Source of the DNA: a virus | Strand: one strand, 5' to 3' | Virus record (IMG/VR): IMGVR_UViG_3300027708_000033 | Span: 32,001-96,000 of that record | DNA length: 64,000 nt | Shown: positions 17,001-25,543 of the stretch, in pieces | How positions within the stretch are numbered: position 1 is the first letter of the stretch | Layout of the letters: each line of letters opens with the position of its first letter | Program-made: the position numbers and the translations under genes | Notes under the pieces: model-generated | Databases searched by the model: none | What the model was told of the DNA's origin: nothing | Seen by the model: the letters and a program-made list of their open reading frames with translations, nothing else

Positions 17001-18011
17001 ACTAAGGCTTGTCACTAAACCGCTATAAGTACCTAGATAGCTCGTTGTAGAACTTCTAGCAACGATACTTTTTGCCAAATCTGCTGAGTAGTTAGGTGCA
17101 GCAGAGTATTGCTGTAGACTTGTGCTTAAGTTAGTGGTGCTAGACCAGGCATAAGTAAACTCATTAGCAGCAGCGGTGTTCCCATCAAAGTAAGGCCTAG
17201 TCGTTGATGCTAGGTCTATCAGAACGGCGTCTAGGTAGAAAGTTTTTCCTACAGCAACTGTCGCGCTGTTTAGTACATAAAAAGTGTAGTTTTGAGCAGT
17301 AGTCGTGGTAAATGTAACTGAAAGTCTTTCCCAAGTATCGTACAAAGTCGCGTTTGTAGATGTCACTGCAAAGCTGGTTCCTTGAACGCTAAGCTGTGGT
17401 AGAACAGAACCAGTTGGAGTGTAGACGTACGCAGAATAAGTGTATGTTGTAGTAGCAGGCAGGGAAAGTGCGTATCCGGCACCATTGTTTGTTCCACCTG
17501 TACCAGCGGCGTACGTGACAAGCAAACTTTGACTGCCGACGTATTTTTGCGCAGTAGACACGGCAATACTGGCAGTATTTGGTGTTGCTCCAGCACCAAG
17601 CCAACCATTCGTAGGAGTAGTAGCGTGTTCAAAACTTGGGTTTGTGCACAAGTTAATTCTGCTAGTAGTTGTAGTAGAAGTTGCCGCAAAGTTTGGGTTA
17701 AGAATTAGATTAGTGCGAATGGTTGCCGTGCTAGACGATGCTTCAAAACCAGGGTTAGTCGCTAAGTTAGTTCTAGCAGTGGTTGTGGCAGTAGTGTCTT
17801 CAAAGCTTGGATTGCTGATTAGGTTTGTAGTTGCAGCTGATGACCATGCCACACCAGCTGAAGCAATTGCTGGCTTAGTCACTTCTAGACATGTGCTGCC
17901 AAAGAAGCCATCCGTTGTGCTACGAACAAACGAAGTTCCACTTCCAAGAGCGGACCATCCGGTAGTGTCTGTCTTAAACGACGGGTTACCTATAAGGTTT
18001 ATACGACTCAT
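14097..18011 (-). CDS. Distal tail (Dit-like) protein with five nested CBM4/9-like carbohydrate-binding domains
   Basis: First gene after tape measure; NL..NP.F starts, Y..S.YV / W.R.S.T / D....E..YFDG bodies; C-term GWWG..APDPIKY..W..IQPG.N..RSGW. Confidence 0.85.
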   Translation of the reverse strand: MSRINLIGNPSFKTDTTGWSALGSGTSFVRSTTDGFFGSTCLEVTKPAIASAGVAWSSAATTNLISNPSFEDTTATTTARTNLATNPGFEASSSTATIRTNLILNPNFAATSTTTTSRINLCTNPSFEHATTPTNGWLGAGATPNTASIAVSTAQKYVGSQSLLVTYAAGTGGTNNGAGYALSLPATTTYTYSAYVYTPTGSVLPQLSVQGTSFAVTSTNATLYDTWERLSVTFTTTTAQNYTFYVLNSATVAVGKTFYLDAVLIDLASTTRPYFDGNTAAANEFTYAWSSTTNLSTSLQQYSAAPNYSADLAKSIVARSSTTSYLGTYSGLVTSLSSSGNLATYSYNTAVTAGTTYVGSLYVKDLSLGGNIYVNIDWRGSGGYISTSGGTATAISTGSWTRISVTGVAPSGAGAAAATGASLVLVVPSTAAYGSQVYIDAAMLEAGSSVNTYFDGSTTAAGDFTYTWNGTADASTSNQVANMVDGWVSGYNPGNLAYGRYRTSADKQSGSYSYAVNVYQGTGASQLNLTSDFFANGSTFASKTYTASVYVYASRAQTVSLFMTLGTGSGSLYPSTAVSVTAGTWTRISRTYTMPSDLTTMKIELVTNPSAGDVFYYDQLLVEQSSQLKSYFDGSTTAAANLTYAWSGTANASTSVQQYLANPSWGSLNSISAVASASQFYIGTKSALVTADGFGTFGIFNSGVAFAWTAVTVGVTYTSSIYVRDVNTAVSYYAGIEWRNSGGSSFSTINGTSKTVTSSGWTRISVTATAPLGAVTAGLVFYSTATPASGTQAYFDGAVFEASSTPTSYFDGSVTAIAPGTTYSASLYVKIPVGQEASSLRLYLYWYDFTGTQLSFATGALIPMVSDEGWVRLAVTAVAPADAVIAQIRLYQPTAGTAGQKFLIDAAMLEASAYVNEYTDDFSQGQETTKVNNALRPVPYPHLTGMQLNADVNINGLILNTIDEDSIVWVCTGINGWWGQTQSDIQDLPRGLGDGSYDVVGRYTARQIELKGSILPPDASYIDAARNKLVKAIDLVRTKGWLLADESPVKGAQVRLSGQPTIDVVNARGRMDFSVGLRAPDPIKYHYDTTVDEGFTKSTITSGGSATFNNIGNTNVCALMTVTGPFTANSVIKNTTTNQSIKMLSALSAAGLSLGPVTAVKRVTTDGVKYATVSVSTNYKLAVGDSVTIASVGNSFDGTFVVQAVNFTSSTTLDLTYVYTGASADYAYAAATGTVTLTNNEFMVIDTYNRDVFLNNNTTGSRELLDTLVDWIVIQPGVNTIKITDAGSNTTGTLEVKFRSGWIG

Positions 18012-21000
18012 CCGCGAGCTCCTCTACGCATTTGAAGTTGAAGCACACGACCGACTTCAGCAGCAAGTTCAACGGTGTCCATTCCAGGACTCGAGTTGAC
18101 ACTTATCGAAATGTTGACATCTCCACTAGACTGTGCTCCTGCCATACGAGCAATAGCCTGGTCAGGGTAACTGCCGTTGTTGACAGCGTTTAGTAGTGGA
18201 AGATACTTCTTTGTCGACAGGGCGTTGACAACAAACTCACCAGATGAAATCATTGCAGGAATCAGGTCGTCACGAGGACCACCACGGCCAACAGCGTAAC
18301 CTGAACCGTTTACATATTTTGCGATGCCGCCGTTTGCAAGTTTAAGAAGTCCGCCGTCTTTCTTTTTCTTGAAGGCATCAACAATAGACTGGAATGCGCT
18401 ACCCCAAGTGCTCCCATCAAACAGGTTAAAGCCCTTAGGCTTATTTTTTACGTCAAAGTCTACAGGAATCTTTACTGTACCAGGCTTGAGTTTAGCAACA
18501 GCATCTTGAACCTTAGTTTTTCCAGTTGCAATGCCGTCTACAAGTGTTTGTGCCCAGTGAGCACCATGCTCTTTGACACCTTCGTCGTAGATTGCTTTCC
18601 ACGTAGTTAAAGTTTTCTGTGCTTCTGTGACTGTTAGCGCCTTTGAAGTCATGCCCTCGGATAGGGCCAAAGCAGCCTTAGCACCTACTGTTGAAAAAGC
18701 TGTCTGAATTACACTTGCCTGATTAGATATACCAGTTGCTGCACCACTGGAAGCTGTTGCGGCCGCAGCTTCAAATGATGCTCTAGCACGTTCAATAGTT
18801 TTGGTGCCTCCGTCTACCATCTTCTGTGCTAGCTGTGCTGCAATCTTCGGGTCCATAGCGCTAAGACCTTTGATAGTAGCGTCACCGGCATTGTGCGCAG
18901 CTAGGTACAGAAGATTGTTTTGGAAGGCAGCAGCTTCTCTAACTTGCCTGTTCTGCTCTTTTAAGAACTTGTCTAGAGAAACTTTTCCATCTGTGGTAGC
19001 AGCGTCAATTGCGTCGGAGTAGCTTATCATTTTGCCGGCTGCATCTGTGATGCCCTTGGCTAGGTTTTCAGCTGCGACCCTGTTGTTCTCCATTTGAGCA
19101 GCGCCTTTACCCTGAGCCAAAGTGACCAGAGTCTGCTGCCGCTCTTGTTCAGTCATTGCTGCGGTGTTGATACCTAGACTTGTCGCTAGCTCCTGAATGT
19201 CTGTTTTATAGTCAGGCATTGTGTCAAGAAGTGCTGATACGGCTTCATCATTATCTCCGAGAGCTACACTCATTTCCTGGAAGCGAGCCTGAGCAGCAGG
19301 CATGTTGCTTTGAGCTAGAGTACTGAGTTGAGAGCCAACTTTTTTAAGTTGACCGGCCATCTGGTCAAACTCAGCAACCATTGCTCGGCTACCAAGATAG
19401 TCACCAGCTTGGTTGAACCAAGGAGCTTTAGTGTAACTGTTAAGTTTAACCACAGCAGCACCCAAGTCTTTGCTACCTACAGCTGCAATTTTTATAGTCT
19501 TATTCGCATCGGCCCATTGGGTAGTCCAACTGCTGCTAGGCAGTAGGTCGACAAAGTTGACGGATTCCAATGACTTTCTTAGTGTCACTGCACCGTCTAC
19601 ACCGGTGAGTAGCGAGTTCCTAATTTGGTCACCGGACATTGCTGCATCTAGTCTTGCCTGCTTAAACGCCTCGTCCAGTTGAACAGCAACATCGAGAAGA
19701 ACTCCGGCTGCCATTGCCCAGCCGGCACCTTTAGTTAGTTTTGAGAAGAATCCGTTTTTAGCAACGTTTGCAGTTTTAAGTGCTGCTTCGTTTTTAGCAA
19801 CGGCTGTAGTTTGCGCTTCAGCTGCTAACGTGGCTCTGCCTTGGGCGGCTTTTAGTTCAGACTGGCCTAGCACAGCCTTTTGTGCAGCCACGTTTTCACG
19901 CTCAATGGCTAGTGCTAAGTCTTGCTCAGCTTTAGTTTCTCGCATGACTGCGGCAGTGTATCTATCTGCTGCGGCGGCTCTCTCTGCGTCGCTTGCTGTT
20001 CCGGACTGATTGACCTTCATTGCCTCAGCTTCAGCAATGTTAGCCTCATTTACAGCTAGTGCTAGCTTGTCCTCAGCCTGAGTCCTAGCATTAGTCGCTT
20101 GCAATAATCTTGCTCGCTGAGCAGCAAGGCTTGCCTCAGCCTTTTGAACTCCAAGAGTGGCTTTGTCTAATGCAATGTTAGCAGCCTGAAGAGCTTTTGT
20201 AGTTTTTGCTGCCTCTGCGTTAGCAGTCTTTACGCGGTTAGTTTCACCAAACAGCGCATTCATTCCTCGTGTCACTGATTTTAGTTGGCCAATGAAGTAA
20301 TTAAAGATAAACTGTGCACCCTTGAATCCAAAAATAAGAGCAACTATTGCACCATGGAATACGCCTAGAACGTCTAAAACAGGTTTTAGTGCATTTAGCA
20401 CATTGGTGACAATGTCTACAAGTCCAGAAAGAGTTCTAAAGAATGTGCTCGCAGCACCAGAATCAGATAGAGCAGCAATAAACTTAGTTAGACTTACAAG
20501 AAGCTGTGCAAGAGCAGGCTGAGTCTTAATAGATTCTTGAAGAATAGTTTGAATAAACGGAGTCGCTTGTTTTAGCGTCTGCCAGAATATCTTTGTTTCA
20601 GGAGCAGTTCCTAACTCCTTGAACACATGTAAAACACCACCTATTGTGGTGAGCATTTCCTTTGTATTAGCCGCAGCTCCAAGGAAATACGATTGAGATT
20701 TACTCTGCCCGGCAACTGTGTTCATTTCACGCCATTTGCCTGTAGCTGTCTGAAGGAAATTCAGCATTAGTTGGCCGCCACTTGTTGGGCCAAAGTTAGC
20801 CTTTATCAGACCGCCTAACCCTGAGAACACATTTCCAGCAATTTTACCGAACTGTGCTGCAAGCTCACCGGCGCGGTTGAAAAACTTAGTTAGTGAACCG
20901 TCCTGGAGACCTTTAGTCACAAAGTTGTTAAACTTAGTTGAAATAGTTACCAGCCAGCCGGCAAACTTTTCTGTTAGCGGCGCAGCGGCTTTAAGTATTC

Positions 21001-22360
21001 CAAGCATTCCACTAAAAGCGTTTCCAGCAGCTTTACCAAAGCTAGATAGCACGGTACGCGATGTGGAGACAAATGAGTCCATTCGACCGCGAACTGTTGC
21101 GGTATCAAAGATGTCAACAAAGTTTTTAGTTGCATCTCCCATGCCGAGAGCTAGCTGGTGAATGTTACCCTTTAGCGCAGGAAATGCCGGTCCGTGGATT
21201 AGTCTATCTAGTTGCTGCTGTAATACTGGTAAGAATCCAGAAGCTGCCGCTTCCTTTAGTGCTTGAAACTCTGGATGCATCTTTGCAAGATATCTAGCAA
21301 ACTCTTTCTGCGTCACAGTGAGCTTCATTAGCGCTGCGTTAGCTTGCTCAGCTCCTGCAGTTTGAGCTCGTCTTAGTGCACGCTCCGCTGCAGCCTGAGA
21401 CTGAAGTGCGTCACGTAGAGTTTTGTTTAGGTCTAGCTCGGCATTGTTTCTTGCATTTGTCGCATCGCGGACAGATTCGATACCCATGATTCCAGTTTGT
21501 GCAACACGGTCTTGCTCTTTACTGGTAACTTCTGCATTTGCCTTTGACCTGCGAAAGGCTAGTTCAGCCTCCTGGTACTGAAGCATAGCCTGTCTACGAG
21601 CCATGCTGCTAGGCGGCATATCCTGAACACGGGCAAGAGTCAATCTTGCCTTTTCAAGGTTTAGACTTGCACCTGTCTCATCTAGCGCAGCTTGTTCAGC
21701 TTCAAAGCCAATCTGCCGCATTTGTTCACGGCCGTCTTTAATGGCATTATTTAGATTATGTTGTGCCTCTTCAAGGCGCTTATGTGCAGCTGCTAGGCTT
21801 TCATCGTTGCGCTGAATGGTTTGTGCTAAGGCACGTTCAGCATCTTGCTGCGCTCTTGCTCGTTGTACGCCACCTGTAGGGTTTGCTAATGTGCTTGCTG
21901 CAGCACCGACACCGGACAGCGCTAGTTTAGCAACTGCAAATCCTGCTTTCAGTCCGGCAAAAGCGCCTACTACTGCAACTAACGAAGCTGCAGCACCACC
22001 AGCGACTCCGATTAGAGAACCTAAACCTCCGACTAGAGAAGATACGCTGCCAGATAGAACACCAATACCGCCTTGAGCAATGTATCCAGCCTTGCTCAAG
22101 GCCATCATCTTTTCACGAGCCTTATCAGCTCCAGGAGCAAGCGACTCTAACTTGTTTAGAATTTCATCAAAGCCGCCGCCTTTGCTGCCTCCACCACTGG
22201 CCATTCCTTTTTCAAGGCCGCGACTTATATCTTGTCCAGCCTTTTGACCGATGCCTTCGGCACCGCGAAGTTTGTCCTTTAGGTCTCTCTCAAAACCTTC
22301 AGTAATTACGCGCGCAATGAGCGTAATGCTACCAACGTTATTAGCGCCGCCGATGGCCAT
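18008..22360 (-). CDS. Tape measure protein
   Basis: 1450 aa, Ala/Gly/Leu-rich helical with hydrophobic stretches; C-term GGPRDDLIPAMISSGEFVVNA; follows the chaperone genes. Confidence 0.93.
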   Translation of the reverse strand: MAIGGANNVGSITLIARVITEGFERDLKDKLRGAEGIGQKAGQDISRGLEKGMASGGGSKGGGFDEILNKLESLAPGADKAREKMMALSKAGYIAQGGIGVLSGSVSSLVGGLGSLIGVAGGAAASLVAVVGAFAGLKAGFAVAKLALSGVGAAASTLANPTGGVQRARAQQDAERALAQTIQRNDESLAAAHKRLEEAQHNLNNAIKDGREQMRQIGFEAEQAALDETGASLNLEKARLTLARVQDMPPSSMARRQAMLQYQEAELAFRRSKANAEVTSKEQDRVAQTGIMGIESVRDATNARNNAELDLNKTLRDALQSQAAAERALRRAQTAGAEQANAALMKLTVTQKEFARYLAKMHPEFQALKEAAASGFLPVLQQQLDRLIHGPAFPALKGNIHQLALGMGDATKNFVDIFDTATVRGRMDSFVSTSRTVLSSFGKAAGNAFSGMLGILKAAAPLTEKFAGWLVTISTKFNNFVTKGLQDGSLTKFFNRAGELAAQFGKIAGNVFSGLGGLIKANFGPTSGGQLMLNFLQTATGKWREMNTVAGQSKSQSYFLGAAANTKEMLTTIGGVLHVFKELGTAPETKIFWQTLKQATPFIQTILQESIKTQPALAQLLVSLTKFIAALSDSGAASTFFRTLSGLVDIVTNVLNALKPVLDVLGVFHGAIVALIFGFKGAQFIFNYFIGQLKSVTRGMNALFGETNRVKTANAEAAKTTKALQAANIALDKATLGVQKAEASLAAQRARLLQATNARTQAEDKLALAVNEANIAEAEAMKVNQSGTASDAERAAAADRYTAAVMRETKAEQDLALAIERENVAAQKAVLGQSELKAAQGRATLAAEAQTTAVAKNEAALKTANVAKNGFFSKLTKGAGWAMAAGVLLDVAVQLDEAFKQARLDAAMSGDQIRNSLLTGVDGAVTLRKSLESVNFVDLLPSSSWTTQWADANKTIKIAAVGSKDLGAAVVKLNSYTKAPWFNQAGDYLGSRAMVAEFDQMAGQLKKVGSQLSTLAQSNMPAAQARFQEMSVALGDNDEAVSALLDTMPDYKTDIQELATSLGINTAAMTEQERQQTLVTLAQGKGAAQMENNRVAAENLAKGITDAAGKMISYSDAIDAATTDGKVSLDKFLKEQNRQVREAAAFQNNLLYLAAHNAGDATIKGLSAMDPKIAAQLAQKMVDGGTKTIERARASFEAAAATASSGAATGISNQASVIQTAFSTVGAKAALALSEGMTSKALTVTEAQKTLTTWKAIYDEGVKEHGAHWAQTLVDGIATGKTKVQDAVAKLKPGTVKIPVDFDVKNKPKGFNLFDGSTWGSAFQSIVDAFKKKKDGGLLKLANGGIAKYVNGSGYAVGRGGPRDDLIPAMISSGEFVVNALSTKKYLPLLNAVNNGSYPDQAIARMAGAQSSGDVNISISVNSSPGMDTVELAAEVGRVLQLQMRRGARG

Positions 22361-22385
22361 GAGAGGACCTCCTTCCTAAGTTATG

Positions 22386-22823
22386 CTAGTTTATTGGTGC
22401 ATCCAAGATGTCACCAAATGGTGCTACTGCGTCTGGGTTGAAGTTTGTAGGTGGTACATAGGTCCTTGTTCTAGGATTAAATGGATTTATCGGAGCCTCA
22501 GGTTCAGCAGGTAACTGCCCCAATTCATCGTCAAGATTCTCTAATCCTCTATCTCCTGATGCGGCGCTGCCGTAAGCATATTTCTGGCCATAGAGGTCCT
22601 CGTAGATAGTTCTACGCATTCCGTCTCTAACCTCAATAAGTTCTGGAGAAAGTCCACGGACCTCATCTTCAAAGAAGTAATGAATAACATCTAGCATTTC
22701 AGATGCTTCCATTTCTTTGAGGTTCACTCCGTGTACCAGACCTTTACCGTTTACGTATGGCCAGAGGTCTACTGCCCAGCGGAGGAGAGCTCTGGCTGCT
22801 CTTCCGGGCGGGTAGTGTACTCC
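22386..22823 (-). CDS. Tail assembly chaperone T segment, likely expressed by -1 frameshift
   Basis: Frame open from 22823 (...AARALLRWAVDLWPYVNGKG...), overlapping the upstream chaperone in the -1 frame. Confidence 0.65.
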   Translation of the reverse strand, partial: GVHYPPGRAARALLRWAVDLWPYVNGKGLVHGVNLKEMEASEMLDVIHYFFEDEVRGLSPELIEVRDGMRRTIYEDLYGQKYAYGSAASGDRGLENLDDELGQLPAEPEAPINPFNPRTRTYVPPTNFNPDAVAPFGDILDAPIN

Positions 22824-23119
22824 TCAACAAGCCAGCCAATAATTTCACTTAGAGTTTCAACGGATACAATCCGGTCCTTGCTGGTAAGCAAGTCATCAAA
22901 GCGTTTGTAGCTCTCGTCTTCTAGCACACTTACAAAGAACTTGCCGATGAATTTTGCTGTCTGACCTGGAGAATTGTCGTCTCCGTTGTTTGCTAGGTCA
23001 AGCATCAATTTTCCCTGAACCTGAGGAAGGCAGCGGAATTCTTCACCGTGAAGTTTGAATGTTAGTGGTTCTTTCTGGTCTCCGTCTGCGCCGGTGCCAA
23101 AGTCTTTAAATCGGGTCAC
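22769..23119 (-). CDS. Tail assembly chaperone (G)
   Basis: Upstream of tape measure; FKLHGEEF, ends EEYTTRPEEQPELSSAGQ. Confidence 0.8.
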   Translation of the reverse strand: MTRFKDFGTGADGDQKEPLTFKLHGEEFRCLPQVQGKLMLDLANNGDDNSPGQTAKFIGKFFVSVLEDESYKRFDDLLTSKDRIVSVETLSEIIGWLVEEYTTRPEEQPELSSAGQ

Positions 23120-23188
23120 TTTAGTTCTCTTTCTGTTAGATATGTGTAATCGTCTGATAGAAGCATTTTTGCTCCTACACCAATCGTA

Positions 23189-23587
23189 TTATGGTATGAA
23201 GTAAACGAGTTGGTCTGCAAGGAACCTGTTAGGCTTAGTTCCAGGGTGGCGAACACGTCTAGCGTAAACAACTTGCGCTCCTCGAGTGAATCGCAGAACC
23301 TTTGTTCCCTGCTTTGGAGTAATAATGTGTGGACGAGTCCCGTTGTGGTGGATTGCAGCAATGCGATGCATCGTCCAGATAGTCAAGTACTGGCCAGTAG
23401 AATTCGTTAGATGAGACATACGAATGCTTCTACGAAGCGAACCGGTCTTTACTCCAACTTGACGTTTCGCGGCATTTAGCGCGAGCTCTCCACGCTTCTT
23501 TAGCCAGCGGCCAATTTCTCCACGGTCACCATTAAGCTCGTAGCCTAACTTTGTCTTGTCAATGTTGATTACTAAATGGTCTGGCAT
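23189..23587 (-). CDS. HK97 gp10-like tail completion protein
   Basis: VKTGSLRRSI, HNGTRPHII, VRHPGTKPNRFL. Confidence 0.75.
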   Translation of the reverse strand: MPDHLVINIDKTKLGYELNGDRGEIGRWLKKRGELALNAAKRQVGVKTGSLRRSIRMSHLTNSTGQYLTIWTMHRIAAIHHNGTRPHIITPKQGTKVLRFTRGAQVVYARRVRHPGTKPNRFLADQLVYFIP

Positions 23588-24093
23588 TATGGAACCGCCA
23601 TGGTTATCTGCAATGTTGTGGATTGGAGTCCACCCTCAGGCTCTCCAACTTCAACAGTGGCAAGAACTCCTGGACCGTAGCCAGAAGAGTCCCATTGGTC
23701 TAGTAGGTTTACAGACTGCATTAATACCCAGGCATCAATCGCAGCGTATGCTGCTACTTGTTGAATCTTGCTTGTACTAGGAGGTTGGCCGTTCTGGCCG
23801 ACAACTGGAACCTCTCTAGCAACAGAGATAGTGAGAGTGGCCGTTCTTGGAACGTTACAGCGCTGCGGACTGTTTATCTCTGCACCGACCGGGCCTAAAT
23901 ACATCTGAATAAATGAAACTACAACTTGCTCGCAGTCTACAGCTGGCTGCCCCATTGTCCAATAACGTCTGTTTGGCAACGAGACGTTATACGACTGGTA
24001 AATTGCCTCAACTCGCTCTAAAACACCGTCAAGCATCTGCTTTAGGTTTAGTGCGTCTTCGGCCACTCCTGAGATATCAATAGTGGTAGCCAT
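23587..24093 (-). CDS. Tail terminator-like structural protein
   Basis: Position between head-tail adaptor and gp10-like gene; PAVDCEQV..RC..EGG pattern. Confidence 0.6.
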   Translation of the reverse strand: MATTIDISGVAEDALNLKQMLDGVLERVEAIYQSYNVSLPNRRYWTMGQPAVDCEQVVVSFIQMYLGPVGAEINSPQRCNVPRTATLTISVAREVPVVGQNGQPPSTSKIQQVAAYAAIDAWVLMQSVNLLDQWDSSGYGPGVLATVEVGEPEGGLQSTTLQITMAVP

Positions 24094-24102
24094 CAGTTAT
24101 TC

Positions 24103-24339
24103 TTACTTAGTAGCTTCCTTGGTCGGCTCAGCTACCTTAACTTCTTCGACAACTTCTTCGACAACTGGTTCAACAACAGGCTCAACTACTGGCTCGACAA
24201 CTGTTTCAACAACTGGCTTAGCCGGCTTTTCTGCCTTCTTGCTAACGACTTCTTCAGCCTTCTTAGCTTCAACTACAGGAACTACAGGCTTTGACAAGTC
24301 GTGCATGTCTGTAGCGGTGAAGTTTGTTTGATATAACAT
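24103..24339 (-). CDS. Small low-complexity acidic protein (VVEP repeats)
   Basis: RBS AAAGAG; 12-bp coding repeat 24140-24215. Confidence 0.65.
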   Translation of the reverse strand: MLYQTNFTATDMHDLSKPVVPVVEAKKAEEVVSKKAEKPAKPVVETVVEPVVEPVVEPVVEEVVEEVKVAEPTKEATK

Positions 24340-24355
24340 TTTTACTCTTTTCTTT

Positions 24356-25462
24356 TTAGGAGGTGTACATCTTGATTGTTAGGTTTCCAGAGCCAATTTC
24401 TGCAAGCGACTCAACACCGTTAACGGTCTTGCTAGCATACAAAGTCCAGCTCCCTGGGTCAACCATTCCCAATACCGATTGCGCTGTTGCATAAGGAATT
24501 GAGAAATCTACTCGTGACGGACTAATTAATACTACATACGCAGAATCCACAGTGACTGACTTGTTTCCACTCCAGTTGCGGACTATCACCTTAGGGCTCC
24601 AGCCAACTTGGTCAACAAAGATAGTGGTGTCTAGTCCCTTGCCGACAGTGCTAAACTGTGCTGGCGCACCGCTTAGACTTACGATGTCCAGCAGTGCATT
24701 AGCTGTAAGAGGTGCAGTTTTTGGTGTGTAGCGACGAGCACGCGGTGCATCAGGTGAGAATACTTTTGCACGTGCCTTTGCACCGTCTGGGTTCGCTGAT
24801 TTTAGGAACAAGTCGATTGCGTAAAGTCCTGTTCGAAGCTCAGCGATAAAGTCTTGGCTGTCAAGCAGTGTGTAGCTGACACCTTGGCGAGCAACAGATG
24901 TGACACGCTGAGGAAGCATGCAGTCGTCGTCACCTGCCCAAAGTTTTGCAAATTCAATAGCCAGTGTACGCGCAGCCATCTTACCAGCGGTTGGAACTGG
25001 AACTCCGTATGAATACGTGACTTCTACGTTACACGGCGTCCACAGCACTCCAGTCGATGCCTGGATAGTTGAATGGTCTACCAAGTAGTAGGAACTTGGG
25101 TCTAGTACTTGTCCATCGCGTGTACGAATTGCATGAATCTGGGTCACTGGACGCCCACGCAACTTGATGCGCGATTCAGGTGATAGACCGTCTGAAACTA
25201 ATTCAGCGTACTGGTTAAAGTCGGAGATTGGAAAGTTGTACGCTTCTCCGTTGATTAGAGATGCCGAATAGTTTTTTGATGAAGCTCCAAGGCGGTAACT
25301 TCTGTTAGCACACACGTATTTTTCTGTAACTGTCGTTATGCCGTTAAAGCGTCTTCCTGACATTGTCCACATGAGATACGACGCAGCTTCAACTGCTTCC
25401 TGTGCATACTCAGTGTTTGAGTACTGCCCAAGGTCACTTGCCGTAACCCAAAGACCAGTCAT
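24356..25462 (-). CDS. Head-to-tail adaptor with C-terminal extension
   Basis: ASYLMWTMSGRRF, VTYSYG..P..G..AA..LA.E, C.LP.RVTSV.RQGVS, TGL..IDLF. Confidence 0.8.
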   Translation of the reverse strand: MTGLWVTASDLGQYSNTEYAQEAVEAASYLMWTMSGRRFNGITTVTEKYVCANRSYRLGASSKNYSASLINGEAYNFPISDFNQYAELVSDGLSPESRIKLRGRPVTQIHAIRTRDGQVLDPSSYYLVDHSTIQASTGVLWTPCNVEVTYSYGVPVPTAGKMAARTLAIEFAKLWAGDDDCMLPQRVTSVARQGVSYTLLDSQDFIAELRTGLYAIDLFLKSANPDGAKARAKVFSPDAPRARRYTPKTAPLTANALLDIVSLSGAPAQFSTVGKGLDTTIFVDQVGWSPKVIVRNWSGNKSVTVDSAYVVLISPSRVDFSIPYATAQSVLGMVDPGSWTLYASKTVNGVESLAEIGSGNLTIKMYTS

Positions 25463-25482
25463 TGTAAAACCTCTATCTTAGT

Positions 25483-25530
25483 AAAACGGGCGACACGTCT
25501 ATGAAATTGTTCAATAAGACGTGCCGCCCG
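25483..25530 (-). terminator. Intrinsic terminator after the major tail gene
   Basis: - strand CGGGCGGCACGTCT...AGACGTGTCGCCCG followed by TTTT. Confidence 0.7.
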
Positions 25531-25543
25531 ATTATTTTTGCTA

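Noticed and set aside
24140-24215. Short coding microrepeats (VVEP here; EEVKEV near 56885-56920; PNAPNAP near 38970)
   Set aside because: Ordinary low-complexity linkers with no sign of phase variation
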